Positions 43,626 through 55,171 of a stretch of DNA of 64,000 bases are shown in pieces (the first letter of the stretch is position 1; every line of letters begins with the position of its first letter). This stretch comes from Octopus sinensis. Its lineage: Eukaryota. Below the pieces are notes generated by a model, which saw only the letters and a program-made list of their open reading frames with translations, was not told where the DNA came from and did not search any database. Both the position numbers and the translations under genes were made by a program. The stretch covers positions 7,006,001-7,070,000 of the forward strand of contig NC_043025.1 in assembly GCF_006345805.1 (NCBI RefSeq). Reading direction: 5' to 3'.

Positions 43626-44419
43626 GGGGAGGGAGATGATGGGAAGAACTAAAAGCATTGGGGAAGACTATGTCACAGTAACGCACTTAATGACTCCTTT
43701 CACAGAGGTCTTCCTTCTATTTTCACAAACAGATATTGCATTTTATACTATATTCCTTTCTACTATAGGAATAAGGCCGGATCTTTTCGGTTTGAACGGC
43801 AGTTTTTTTAAATAATTTCCACGCAACTAAACACTTTTAAACTTCGTATACTGGTAGAATGTGTTTATAAAACATCTTTTTTCTCTTGGCTTTATTGAGA
43901 AAATTCTATGGTTTCTAAGATATTTGTTGTTTTTTTTTCTTCAATTTCTGCAATTTCAACTAATCAATGTCGTCCATTGAGGTAAAAAAAACATTCTGTG
44001 CCGTATGAATATGTCCCTCATTTAAGAAACAGATTAGGTTTAGGATCTTTTCAGTTTGACCGGCAGTTTTTAAAATAATTTCCACGTAACTAAACACCCC
44101 TAACCCTAAAACAGATTGAAATGCAATAGATCGATACTAGGGTCATAATTATTGGGTGACAATTTCATGACACCGCTAGAAAAAACTGCCATTCAAACCA
44201 AAAGGATCCCTTTAATCTCTTGCATTTCAGCAATTTCAACCAATCACTGACGTCTATTGAGGTGAAAACATTCTGTGCCGTATGAATATGTCCCTCGTTT
44301 AAGAAACAGATTGGGTTTATTTACATTTCTGAAGAAAAAAATATACACTTCCCCCCACCCCTAACCCTAACCCTAAAACAGATTGAAATGCAATAGATCG
44401 ATTCTAGGGTCATAATTAT

Positions 44420-44575
44420 GACCACTGCTATTTAGCCCTAGGAAGCATCAACGCTTCCTGTCAGCCTTGACACATTTCCTGTGTCCTTATGTTTACAAGG
44501 GGGAGACAAGCTCCTCCACCCAGCTAAGTCTGCAGTCAGAGACTAGTTTCTGAGTTTTGCTTGTCATCAGTCTGA
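44420..44575 (-). mobile_element. Single-arm member of the same hammerhead-bearing family as 163-635 and 63254-63630
   Basis: By-eye alignment with 220-375: shared TAGCCC, GCCTT(A)GACACA, CTGTG.CCTT, AAGGG and ACTAGTTTC blocks in the same order. Confidence 0.7.
44536..44575 (-). ncRNA. Type-I minimal hammerhead ribozyme with canonical core
   Basis: Minus strand UCAGA CUGAUGA CAAG-CAAAA-CUCA GAAAC-UA-GUC UCUGA: perfect 5-bp stem I and GUC triplet; both stem II mismatches are CG-to-CA changes. Confidence 0.75.
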
Positions 44576-44899
44576 GCTTTGCTGCATAGATACCACTACG
44601 TAATTACCTAAAATGCTAGAAATAGCAGTTAAGCTTCCCTCAAATCTCAACCCTTAGACAACCTTGAATTTTTTTTTTAATGGAATGGTCACGGTTGGAA
44701 ATATAGATTAAGGAGACCACTATGTGGTCATTCGAAATGCTAGAAATAGCAGCCACAATTCACTCAAATTGCAGTCTGACCTTGTATCATACCACCACTG
44801 CTTATATCTCTCTGAGATATTTAGAAATTTAATACTTGTATTTTTTGTGATTAGTGGATTTATTTCACTGGAATTATATATGTTTACAAATGCGGCATG

Positions 44900-46680
44900 A
44901 GGGGCATAAAATAAAACTGCAGGGAGTTTTACCATGAGTTGTTTGTGTGGTACAGAGTTGAAGGCTTTAGCAAAATCAGGGTAGACAGTATCCCCCCATG
45001 AGCTGCCATCGATAACTCAGGTGATGTCCTCAAGAAACTCAACTACAGCAGCTGGAGTTGGGGATAAAACCAAATAAGGCTGTGAGAGCACCAAAGGTTC
45101 CAGAGTGTTTCCCTGATGCAGGACTTCATCAGTTTGGCGATGCAGCTAGTAAGGTCAACTGGACAGTAGTTGATAGGTGATGTGCGATCACCTGTTTTGA
45201 ACAGGGGAATAACACTGGCAATTTTCCGGTGCTCTGAAGTGACACAGTTGTTAAGGCAGAATTGGCAAAAGGAAGAAAGCTGGCGCAATAGAAAGAACCC
45301 ACCACGTTTGGGAAGAAAATAAGTTACACCATCAAGACTAGGAGAGGCATAGTTGTACTTATTCTTGAGGTGGTGTCACAGTAGGAGGAGCACTCCGTCG
45401 GTTGCGACGATGAGGGTCCCAGCTGATACGATCAACGGAACAGCTTGCTCGTGATATTAACGTGCAAGTGGCTGAGCACACCACAGACACGTGTACCCTT
45501 AACGTAGTTCTCGAGGAGATTCAGCGTGACACAGATTGCGACAAGGCTGGCCCTTTGAAATACAGGTACAACAGAAACAGGAAGTAAGAGTGAGAGAAAG
45601 TTGTGGTGAAAGAGTACAGCAGGGATCACCACCACCCTCTGCCAGAGCCTCGTGGAGCTTTAGGTGTTTTCGCTCAATAAACACTCACAATGCCTGGTCT
45701 GGAAATCGAAACCGCGATCCTCCAACCGCGAGTCCACTGCCCTAACCACTGGGCCATTGCGCCTTCGGTGTCACAGTATTGTGGGTGTGAATTTCACAAA
45801 TGTTATGGAATTTGATGTCAGAGTTGGTGAAGAAGATACATTGGGGTTATCAGCAGTAAAAATGCCAGCATAGCATTCAGCAATAAGCTCAGTGCATTCC
45901 TTGGCATCATCAGTCATCTGACCTGTGTGGGGATTGTGAAGAGGTTGAAATACACCAAAATTATGACAGAAGAAGGCTTGCTCTTCCTTCCGTAGAAGAA
46001 AAAAATTCAAATCGGACCATGTTAACTTCAAAAAGGTGCTTTTTTTTTCTATGAAAATCCCTTTTTTTCATGATTTTGTGACTGCTGTGTCGCCATTTTT
46101 CGGTGTATTTCAACCAGAAAAATGTTCGCTTGGAGAGTGAGAACTCTGTTTTGAACGCACATATTTTCAGAACACTTTGCTGTCAGGGCTACTTGCTAGT
46201 TGCTATACATCGTTCAAACTCAAGCACTGCCTTTTTCATTGCTTGCTTGGGTCAGTTAGATGATCTGTTGCATCTTCTGCTCTCATCTGTTCTATGCTGT
46301 CTGTATTTCTGTTCAGCATCACAACGATCTTTCCTAGCAAGTCAAACTGCTGCAGTCTCCCAAATTACATTGTTTTTATTTCTAGAGCATTTGTACAGTA
46401 GTGATGCTTCACATGCAGTCCAGATTGCACTGAGGATATTTTGAAAATCAGTATTGATATTCCCTGGATTGTAAAATTCAAACCAGTTTAGGTGTCATAA
46501 CTCCTTACGGTAACAGTTCCAGTCAAAGCGAGTGGTTTGAAGGTGGTGGTGCTTCTTGTTTCTGCCTACAAGAGACAGATTGGCAATTATCATAGCATGA
46601 TTGGAGTCACTTAGAGATTCTTTTGTCACAACACTGATAACAGTTCTAGGAGTGGTGGTAAAGAGCAGGTCGAAAGTGTT
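44900..46680 (-). mobile_element. Degraded CR1 ORF2 fragments interrupted by a family F SINE
   Basis: IASVIPLFKTGDRTSPINYCPVDLTSCIAKLMKS (RT-proximal motif); MTDDAKECTELIAECYAGIFT. Confidence 0.75.
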
Positions 46681-47110
46681 AAGTTAAGTTAATTTTTTGG
46701 CTCATAAAGCAAAAAGCAAGGCCATGTAGGGGGACATGGAGTTATGTACAGGGTGGTGTTCAGGTAAAGAGTTCAGGCCATTTCTGGTCAAGGGAGACTT
46801 TGAACCAAGCGGTCGTCGGCATCTTCACTATCTCGTCCGGCAGCTTATTCCATGGATCCGGACGGAGAAAGCCCCTCTCCTTCGATTGAGATGAAATCGT
46901 CGCAGATAGAGCTTTTCGGAGTGACCCCGCAGCCTACGCTCTGGAGCAGGAGTGAAGAACAGCTCTTTTGAGAGGTTACACTTTCCGCTTATGATGTTGT
47001 GAGCAAGAATGAGATCACCACAGCGTCGTGGTTTTTTTAGAGAATAAAGGTCGAGCGTCTTCAACCTTTCTTCATAAGACAAATGCTTGAGACCAAGAAC
47101 CATGCAGGTA
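46680..47110 (-). mobile_element. CR1-type LINE 3' end, same family as 27060-27840
   Basis: LSYEERLKTLDLYSLKKPRRCGDLILAHNII. Confidence 0.85.
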
Positions 47111-47199
47111 GCCAGCTTTTACCAACGAAAAATTTCTCATTCAATTTCAGGGTAGTTAAAGTCATCAGTAATGAAAATAAACGTGGCTGTTATATATAT

Positions 47200-47840
47200 A
47201 TTTCTTTACTACCCACAAGGGGCTAAACATATAGAGGACAGACAAAGAAAATAAGTCGATTACATTGACCCCAGTGTGTAACTGGTACTTAATTTATCGA
47301 CCCCGAAAGGATGAAAGGTAAAGTCGACCTCGGTGGAATTTGAACTCAGAACGTAACGGCAGACGAAATACGGCTACGCATTTCGCACAGCGTGCTAACG
47401 TTTCTGTCAGCTCACCGCCTTCTATTATATATATAGAACATCTAGCATTGTAGGTGTTTCAACACCAGCTGGGCGGTAAGAATAGACACAGACGTGGTTA
47501 TGTGGTAAGAAGCTTGCTTCCCAACCACATGGTTCCTGGTTCAGTCCCACTGCATGACACCTTGGGCAAGTGTCTTCTACTATAGACTATAGACTCCCTT
47601 GTGGGAGGATTTGATAAACAGAAACTGGTTAGCACGCCGGGCGAAATGCTTAGCAGTATTTCTTTTGCCACTATGTTCTGAGTTCAAATTTCACCAAGGT
47701 CGACTTTGCCTTTCATCCTTTCGGTGTCAATTAAATAAGTACCAGTTACGCACTGAGGTCAATATAATTGAGTTAATCCGTTTGTCTGCCCTTGTTTGTC
47801 CCCTCTGTGTGTAGCCCCTTGTGGACAGTAAAGAAATAAG
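47200..47840. mobile_element. Two oppositely oriented family B SINEs (47200-47420 minus; 47628-47840 plus) with a family A head between them
   Basis: Similarity to the other family B and family A copies in the window. Confidence 0.75.
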
Positions 47841-47877
47841 AAACTGAAAGAAGCCCATCGTATGTATATATATATAT

Positions 47878-48049
47878 ATCCGCTCAGTCAATGTCGACTC
47901 TTAGTCACTCGTTGGATCAGTGTCCTCCAGTCAGTTCTATCCTGGGCCGCTTCTTTCAGACTGGCTATGTCTATTCCGGTATTACTCTTGATGGTGTCAA
48001 GCCAGCGGGTTCTTGGTCGGCCTCTTCCTCTCTTGCCACTGACCATTCC

Positions 48050-48090
<41 letters not shown>

Positions 48091-48335
48091 CTCAGTCAAT
48101 GTCGACTCTTGGTCACTCGTTGGATCAGTGTCCTCCAGTCAGTTCTATCCTGGGTCGCTTCTACTCTTGATGGTGTCAAGCCAGCGGGTTCTTGGTTGGC
48201 CTCTTCCTCTCTTGCCACTGATCATTCCGAGCATGACAAGTTATGGAAATGTCTGGAGGAAATGGGACCACCTTTACACCTTGTCCAGTTTATCAGATCA
48301 CTCTATCAAAACCAAGAGGCTACAGTATGGACACC
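47878..48335. mobile_element. RTE (BovB-like) LINE fragment: duplicated 3' end on the minus strand, RT piece on the plus strand
   Basis: Minus: GMVSGKRGRGRPRTRWLDTIKS...AQDRTDWRTLIQRVTKSRH*; plus: HDKLWKCLEEMGPPLHLVQFIRSLYQNQEATV. Confidence 0.8.
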
Positions 48336-48469
48336 ATTGAATAAGGGTAGAAATTGATTTAATCAATTAAAACCAGTGGCCTAGCATATTAAAAAAATCC
48401 GAAGATTAAAATATTTTTTACATACAAAATTTTAAATTTTATATATGTACACTGCAACATAATTTCTTT

Positions 48470-49262
48470 TCCTCAACAGGCCCTGCCCTATTTAACATTG
48501 TCCCGAAAGGGATCAAAGAGGAAAAGGATCCCATCAACTTTAAACAGAGTCTGGATAGATTCCTTCAAGGAGTACCAGATAAGCCACCCATAATTGGATA
48601 CAACTCACCCAACAAAAACTCACTACTTGAATGGACCATAAACAAAACTTGACTGAAACAGGATTTAGATAATCATATCAGGTGGTGCTATTAAGTTAGA
48701 CATGGCCTGGACCAATCTTAAAAATAATAATAATGAAATTAATTGTATACAGTGCTGAGGTGCACCACAACTTGTCAGAAAGTGCATATAAAGTACATGC
48801 AGTAATGTAGAAATGTCTGGGAAGTGAACAATGTATGAGTCAGATACATGCTTGTGTGTGTATGGAGGGGAGAAAATCAAGTGTAGTGTTGGCGAATCTC
48901 AGGAAGCATGGAAGTTTTGAAGGATGCAGTGCTCCGACAACTAACAACTAATGCCGGCAGTTTGTTCCATGCTTCAGCGTGTGTATGGAGGGGAGAAAAT
49001 CAGGTGTAGTGTTGGCGAATCTCAGGAAGCATGGAAGTTTTGAAGGATGCAGTGCTCCGACAACTAACAACTAATGCCGGCAGTTTGTTCCATGCTTCAG
49101 CGTGTGTATGGAGGGGAGAAAATCAGGTGTAGTGTTGGCGAATCTTTCAGGAAGCATGGAAGTTTTGAAGGATGCAGTGCTCCGACAACTAACAACTGAT
49201 GCCGGCAGTTTGTTCCATGCTTCAGCAACTCTCAGCATGAAAAATTGTTTCCTGAAGTCATG
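48470..49262. mobile_element. Two tail-to-tail CR1/L2-type 3' ends; the minus copy has a triplicated ~108-bp segment
   Basis: Plus: GPALFNIVPKGIK...FKQSLDRFLQGVPDKP; minus: AEAWNKLPASVVSCRSTASFKTSMLPE, repeated at 48870-49220. Confidence 0.7.
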
Positions 49263-49484
49263 GTCGAAACATATCTAAGCTTATATATATATATATATAT
49301 ATATTTCAATGGGTGAATGACTTATCCTATATTTGCTTCTCAAGACAAAATATCTAGCTGTAATACTAAGAGTAAGCAGCACAATACGTAATATAAATTC
49401 TTTACGAATTATTTAACCTCAAATTTCCACCCAAGAAGTTTTCCCCCTACTTTTATAGATAATACCACGTACACTTTAAAAGTC

Positions 49485-49740
49485 GCTAGGGAAAGTATCT
49501 GGTTCGTAATTCCATTTGGAAAACAAATTAGATCCGAACCTTCCTTTGAAGTTCCGTGAAGCGGTTGCTAGGAACTTTCCAAAAAATTCTAGATATTATT
49601 CAATTATCAACTCTCACAAAGTTAGAGTCGCTTTCTCCAACACTAAGAATCTCTCACAAATTATATCTTCTCACAATACCAATCTGCTAAATAAAGGTTC
49701 TTCACCCGGGAGTTCCAACATTAATCTTGCTAATTCCAAC
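49485..49740 (+). mobile_element. Penelope-like element ORF fragment (RT thumb/linker region), frameshifted
   Basis: RESIWFVIPFGKQIRS / NLPLKFREAVARNFPKNSRYYSIINSHKVRVAFSNTKNLSQIISSHN resembles the recalled PLE pattern R.IIWFNPP...HFP...KI.N...K(V/I)SYS...N...II..HN. Confidence 0.6.
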
Positions 49741-49762
49741 CCCTCATATAATAATAATAATA

Positions 49763-49797
<35 letters not shown>

Positions 49798-50452
49798 TAT
49801 TATTAATAATAATAATAATTAATTCTTTTATTGGCCACAAGGGCTGACAAAAATCAATGATCACATAAAGGGACAAAACAGGACGAAAGGTTACAAAGGG
49901 TTTGTCCGTTCGTAAAATTGAGTAAAAAACAGTTTAAACCACGAAAGATTATAACAACGAAAATCTCCCAAAAGGGGGAGGCGTTACGAAAGGTTCCTGG
50001 TGGAAAAAAACCCCATAAAAGCCAACGGGAGCCTGGTCAAAAGAGGGGTAGAGAGCCCATTTCTCCTTTTATATTACCTTTTTAAATCACAGGTGTATCC
50101 TCAGAATGGCTCCTTTCATACTGGCCATTCTTGCGACATGTATCCACCTTTCATTAAACTTGCTATCGGACAGCACTTCCCTCTCTACTCTCATCTTCCT
50201 TTTCAAGTGAAACTTGAAAAAGCTGATGAGGCCTGGGCCAAAGAGGAATAATAATAATAATAATAATAATCATAGCAATAAAAACTTGGTCCCCTTTCGC
50301 ACATGTCCATTGACATTACACATCCAGTGGAGCATACTAGCATCATTTCTCTCTAGCTTTTGCATATCCTCTGCATTTGGGGCCCACATCTTACTACCAT
50401 GCAGTATTGTTGGTTGCATACATGCATCATGCACTCTTCCTTCCATTTAGGC

Positions 50453-50483
<31 letters not shown>

Positions 50484-50624
50484 GCCTTGGTTGCCAACAG
50501 AGGTAAAAGCTCTTTGAATTTTTTCCATCCTATTCTTATTCTAGTGATTTCACTTTCTGCGAATCCTTCCCCACAGCTATCTAGGTTCCCTATGTAGCAG
50601 AGATATTTCACTAGCTCTGACATA

Positions 50625-51030
50625 GGCGCAGGAGTGGCTGTGTGGTAAGTAGCTTGCTAACCAACCACATGGTTCCGGGTTCAGTCCCACTGCGTGGCAT
50701 CTTGGGCAAGTGTCTTCTGCTATAGCTACGGGCCGACCAATGCCTTGTGAGTGGATTTGGTAGACAGAAACTGAAAGAAGCCTGTCGTATATATGTATGT
50801 ATATATATGTGTGTATGTGTGTGTGTGTGTGTATTTGCCCCCTAGCATTGCTTGACAACCGATGCTGGTGTGTTTACGTCCCCGTCACTTAGCGGTTCGG
50901 CAAAAGAGACCGATAGAATAAGTACTGGGCTTACAAAGAATAAGTCCCGGGGTCGATTTGCTCGACTAAAGGCGGTGCTCCAGCATGGCCGCAGTGAAAT
51001 GACTGAAACAAGTAAAAGAGTAAAAGAGTA
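50625..51030 (+). mobile_element. Family A SINE
   Basis: Same diagnostic blocks. Confidence 0.85.
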
Positions 51031-51377
51031 AAAAAGAGAGAGTATGTCCCATCAGGGTAGGTGAGAAAATTAATTTCCCAAGTATCTGTAGTTTTTATGG
51101 CTCATGTGAATCTTCAGCTTACAAACACAACCTTTTCTGATAATCTCTACTCGATTACACAAAATAAGATACCTGCAGTTGCCATATTTCATTCCATAAC
51201 TACCACCTCTGAAGAGTGCATGGTTTCATAATCAGGCTGCTACATAACATTCTGTGCAACCCTTAGTGCAAAACTGATTGATAAGATTGGCTGTAATGGA
51301 TAGATAATACTGTACATTCTGATTAATATATATAGCTATGCATGCATACACACACACACACACATATATAAAGGGTA

Positions 51378-51712
51378 AAGACCCCCTTCGGTCATGAATG
51401 ACCATGGGATTGCACCTAGAAAGTTATCCTCCTAGACACAAGTCCGGGCAAGGTTGTTTATGGAAGGCCAGCAGTCGCCCATGCATACCAGCCTCCCCTC
51501 TCCACGCCACCAGTGTTATCCAAGGGAAAGACAAAGGTCGATACAGCTTGGCACCAGTGACGTCGCAACTCATTTCTACAGCTGAGTGAACTGGAGCAAC
51601 GTGAAATAAAGTGCCTTGCTCGAGAACACAACACGCAGCCCGGTCCGGGATTCGAGCTCACAACCTCACGATCGTAAGCTCGACGCTCTAACCACTGAGC
51701 CATGCGCCTTCA
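51378..51712 (-). mobile_element. tRNA-derived CORE-type SINE family E (another copy at 2357-2690 minus)
   Basis: Head GGCGCATGGCTCAGTGGTTAGAGCG...CTCGAATCCC, then TGTTCTCGAGCAAGGCACTTTATTTCACGTTGCTCCAG. Confidence 0.8.
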
Positions 51713-52123
51713 CATATATATATATATATATATATTGATAAAAATGGTAAGACAACAAAAGAATGAAAGATATTATGATGTAAATCAGGGAATTTATCTG
51801 TAAATGTAATATGTGACAATTATTTGGTAGCCATGATAAAACTTCGAGTTTTATCATGATAGTATCTAGAGAGTATTTTTCCGATGGCCAGATATCAGAA
51901 GAGATGGCGGTGTGGATTTCCACCTCGGCAACTGAAACTTGGAGTTTTATCATGGCTACCAAATAATTGCCACATATTACATATATATATATATATATCA
52001 TCTCCAAACTTTCTAATATATATATATATGTAGCAGCTTCGGTGGCCTAGTAGGTAAGGTGCTAGAAGTAGTGGCATAATAATGGTTGAGGTTTCAAACC
52101 TCTGCCAGGAAATTCGTTTTATA

Positions 52124-52301
52124 GGCGCAGGAGTGGCTGTGTGGTAAGTAGCTTGCTAACCAACCACATGGTTCCGGGTTCAGTCCCACTGCATGGCACC
52201 TTGGGCAAGTGTCTTCTACTATAGCCTCGGGCCGACCAAAGCCTTGTGAGTGGATTTGGTAGACGGAAATTGAAAGAAGCCTGTCGTATATATGTATATA
52301 T

Positions 52302-52348
<47 letters not shown>

Positions 52349-52556
52349 TTGTATGTCTGTGTTTGCCCCCCTAGCATTGCTTGACAACCGATGCTGGTAT
52401 GTTTACGTCCCCGTCACTTAGCGGTTCGACAAAAGAGACCGATAGAATAAGTACTGGGCTTACAAAGAATAAGTCCCGGGGTCGATTTGTTCGACTAAAG
52501 GCGGTGCTCCAGCATGGCCGCAGTCAAATGACTGAAACAAGAGTAAAAGAGTAAAG
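52124..52556 (+). mobile_element. Family A SINE
   Basis: Same diagnostic blocks. Confidence 0.85.
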
Positions 52557-52558
52557 AG

Positions 52559-52593
<35 letters not shown>

Positions 52594-52621
52594 TATATAT
52601 ATAATATATATGTATATATAT

Positions 52622-52664
<43 letters not shown>

Positions 52665-52747
52665 CTATAGTGAGGCAACCAGGAAAAATAGACCCATATT
52701 TTATATGTGTATTTTTATCAATATTTGTAATTTTATTAATGTTATGT

Positions 52748-52802
<55 letters not shown>

Positions 52803-52964
52803 AAATAAGAAAATGGAGGAATAGATTTATTTCAATCAACTACTAGATAATACCTATTCATATAATTTATTAACTAATTATTTAGGAACATCCAGATCAA
52901 ACAGAATAAAACAATACACATCAATAAGTAAGATAATACCATAAGAATAATACATATAAAATGG

Positions 52965-53090
52965 ATCTTACAGCTGTTTCAGCCTGTAGATAAGAGTATC
53001 TCATTATGGTCATATTAGTCAGATGTATTGAAGTAATATGCAGTTAAAAATGAGTTTCTTATATATATATCTCAAGGCCTCGTCAGAGAT
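52965..53090 (-). ncRNA. Type-I hammerhead ribozyme motif with extended stem II (second family)
   Basis: AUCU CUGACGA GGCCUUGAGAUA-(75 nt)-UAUCUACAGGCU GAAAC-AGCU-GUA AGAU; 10 of 12 stem II pairs, 4-bp stem I, palindromic stem III ACAGCUGU. Confidence 0.65.
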
Positions 53091-53102
53091 TATATATATA
53101 TA

Positions 53103-53480
53103 CTAGCAGTATCGCCCGGCGTTGCTCAGGTTTGTAAGGGAAATAACTATAAAGCATTTTTAGAGAGTTATAGCCAAAAAATAGCCAAAAGATGGAAAAA
53201 AATGATGGTAAATTTTTTTTTAGTTAAAAAAGGTGGAGTTGCGTCCCCTAGACAGTTTGCGGTTTGTGTTTCTGATTCTCGACCCCATGTCGAATTTATC
53301 GATTTTTTTCAGAACTGGGGGAACTTTTCAAAATTTTTGCTGCGTTAGTTTTGAATTATGACATTGGGCTATGTGTGTGTCAAGTTTCATCAGAATCGGT
53401 TGAAAGCCGTGGTCAGGGTGAGGGTACAAGAAAACAGACACACAGAAACACGCACAGACAAACTGCCGTTTATATAGAGA
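53103..53480 (-). mobile_element. Helitron with the same 3' end but a different 5' half
   Basis: Plus strand CTAGCAGTATCGCCCGGCGTTGC, followed by a different internal segment ending near TATATAGAGA. Confidence 0.65.
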
Positions 53481-53491
53481 TATATATATAT

Positions 53492-53708
53492 ATTAAGGGG
53501 TAATGAAAAGTTCTTGGCTTTAAGGCTGTAGTGAAAGGCCTGGTTGGAGGCCAATCTTCCAAGTTATTTTACAGGGCTTAGAAAAACTGAAGGACTGCTG
53601 TAATAAGTGCATGAATCTGAGAAGGGAATATGTTGAATAAAATCACAATTAACTGATCCTCATGTATATTCTTTTACCGAAAGTCAGGGACTTTTCAACA
53701 CCACTGAA
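53492..53708. mobile_element. Short mariner-like remnant
   Basis: Ends resemble mariner TIRs (GGGTAATGAAAAGTTC / GACTTTTCAACACC); internal KLKDCCNKCMNLRREYVE*. Confidence 0.55.
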
Positions 53709-53716
53709 TATATATA

Positions 53717-54578
53717 TCTTTATATATAAAAGAGAAGTTGTGCTGTCTGTCTCCTACGATTTAGATTCCTAACTACTCCCACATTTTGCGGTGCAGTTTA
53801 ACCAAAAGCGGGTATCTTATAGTCGTGATTCATATCGAGCCCTTCTGGGTATTAGCGCACGTCTACGATGAGTCTACGATTTTAAAAATAATTTAACATC
53901 GTTTTTTATTCCATTTTAATGCATAATTTTTCGTGTGTCGATGGCGGCGGAGTTGGCGTCCACGCTCACAGCTGCACCTGTTTGCTTCTCCCCCTTCCCT
54001 CCCTCGTGAAGCTGTGGGGAAGGGAGTGTAAAGAAATCAACGTCGTAATGCGTTGTGAAGGAAACCAGCGTTCTTTTAGAACAACGACTTCATGGCTTGA
54101 AGACACCAAAACAAAAATGGCTAAGAAAGCCCGAATTTATAAGGGAAGTAACTCTCTAAAAATGCTTATATAGTTATTTCCCTTACAAACCCGAGCAACG
54201 CCGGGCGATACTGCTAGTCTTTATATATAAAAAGTGAAGTTGTGTGAGTGTCTGTCTCCTACGATTTAGATTCCTAACTACTCCCACATTTTGCGGTGCA
54301 GTTTAACCAAATCGGGTATCTTATAGTCGTGATTCATATCGAGCCCTTCTGGGTATTAGCGCACGTCTACGATGAGTCTACGATTTTTAATGCATTTTTT
54401 TCGCTATTGTATAAGGGAAGTTACTCTCTAAAAATGTCTACGATGAGTCAACGATTTAAAAAAAAATTACGATAATTTTTTTTCAATTTTTAATGCATTT
54501 TTTTGGCTATAACTCTCTAAAAATGCTTATATAGTTATTTCCCTTACAAACACGAGCAACGCCGGGCGATACTGCTAG
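53717..54578 (+). mobile_element. Non-autonomous Helitron, head-to-tail dimer (53717-54217 and 54218-54578)
   Basis: A|TC 5' end, GC-rich subterminal GCAACGCCGGGCGATAC followed by CTAG|T, no TSD, exact CTAG|TC junction at 54217/54218. Confidence 0.85.
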
Positions 54579-54919
54579 TATATATATATATATTTATATA
54601 CATATATAAGCATACACTTTTGTATTGACAGGTAAATAAGAACTGTTTCGTTGCATCTTCATCATCTCTAAGGAGATACCTGAGTACTGCGAACCAAATA
54701 TGATTCATTATATCATTTAGAGAAAGAGACCAAACAGGATATGGTTCAGTGCTCTATAATATATTCGACGTCATATATATTTAGTTTACGACGTCGTTCT
54801 GCGTCCTTCTTAACTAAACACAACAACTATGATACTAATGGCAAAAACAAGACAAAAGCATGTAGAAGTTTCTCTAAGTGAGAAACCGGATACTAAGCTG
54901 CGGAGAAGTATAGGAATAT

Positions 54920-55103
54920 ATATGTGTGTGCACGCACGTGTGTGAGTGTCTATGTATCTATATGTATATGTGTGTGTGTGGGTTTTAATTTATATATAAT
55001 TATGTACATATATATATGTATGTGTGTATATAATATAATATAATATAATATAATCTATATATAGATATTAATACACACACACATATACATATATATATGT
55101 ATG

Positions 55104-55171
<68 letters not shown>

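Noticed and set aside
44095-44380. Telomere or interstitial telomeric array (CCCTAA)
   Set aside because: Only 2-3 units, embedded in a dispersed repeat family
50222-50245. CTGATGAGGCCTGGGCC as a hammerhead
   Set aside because: No GAAA, stem III or cleavage triplet follows
51630-51712. tRNA gene (tRNA-like head with TAC in an anticodon-like position), and similar heads at 32535, 60965 and 61610
   Set aside because: No proper acceptor stem, and each runs into a SINE body
54830-54935. Short plus ORF MILMAKTRQKHVEVSLSEKPDTKLRR near GACGTC motifs as a first exon of another gene
   Set aside because: Weak donor, runs into microsatellite, and no downstream exons are recognisable in the window
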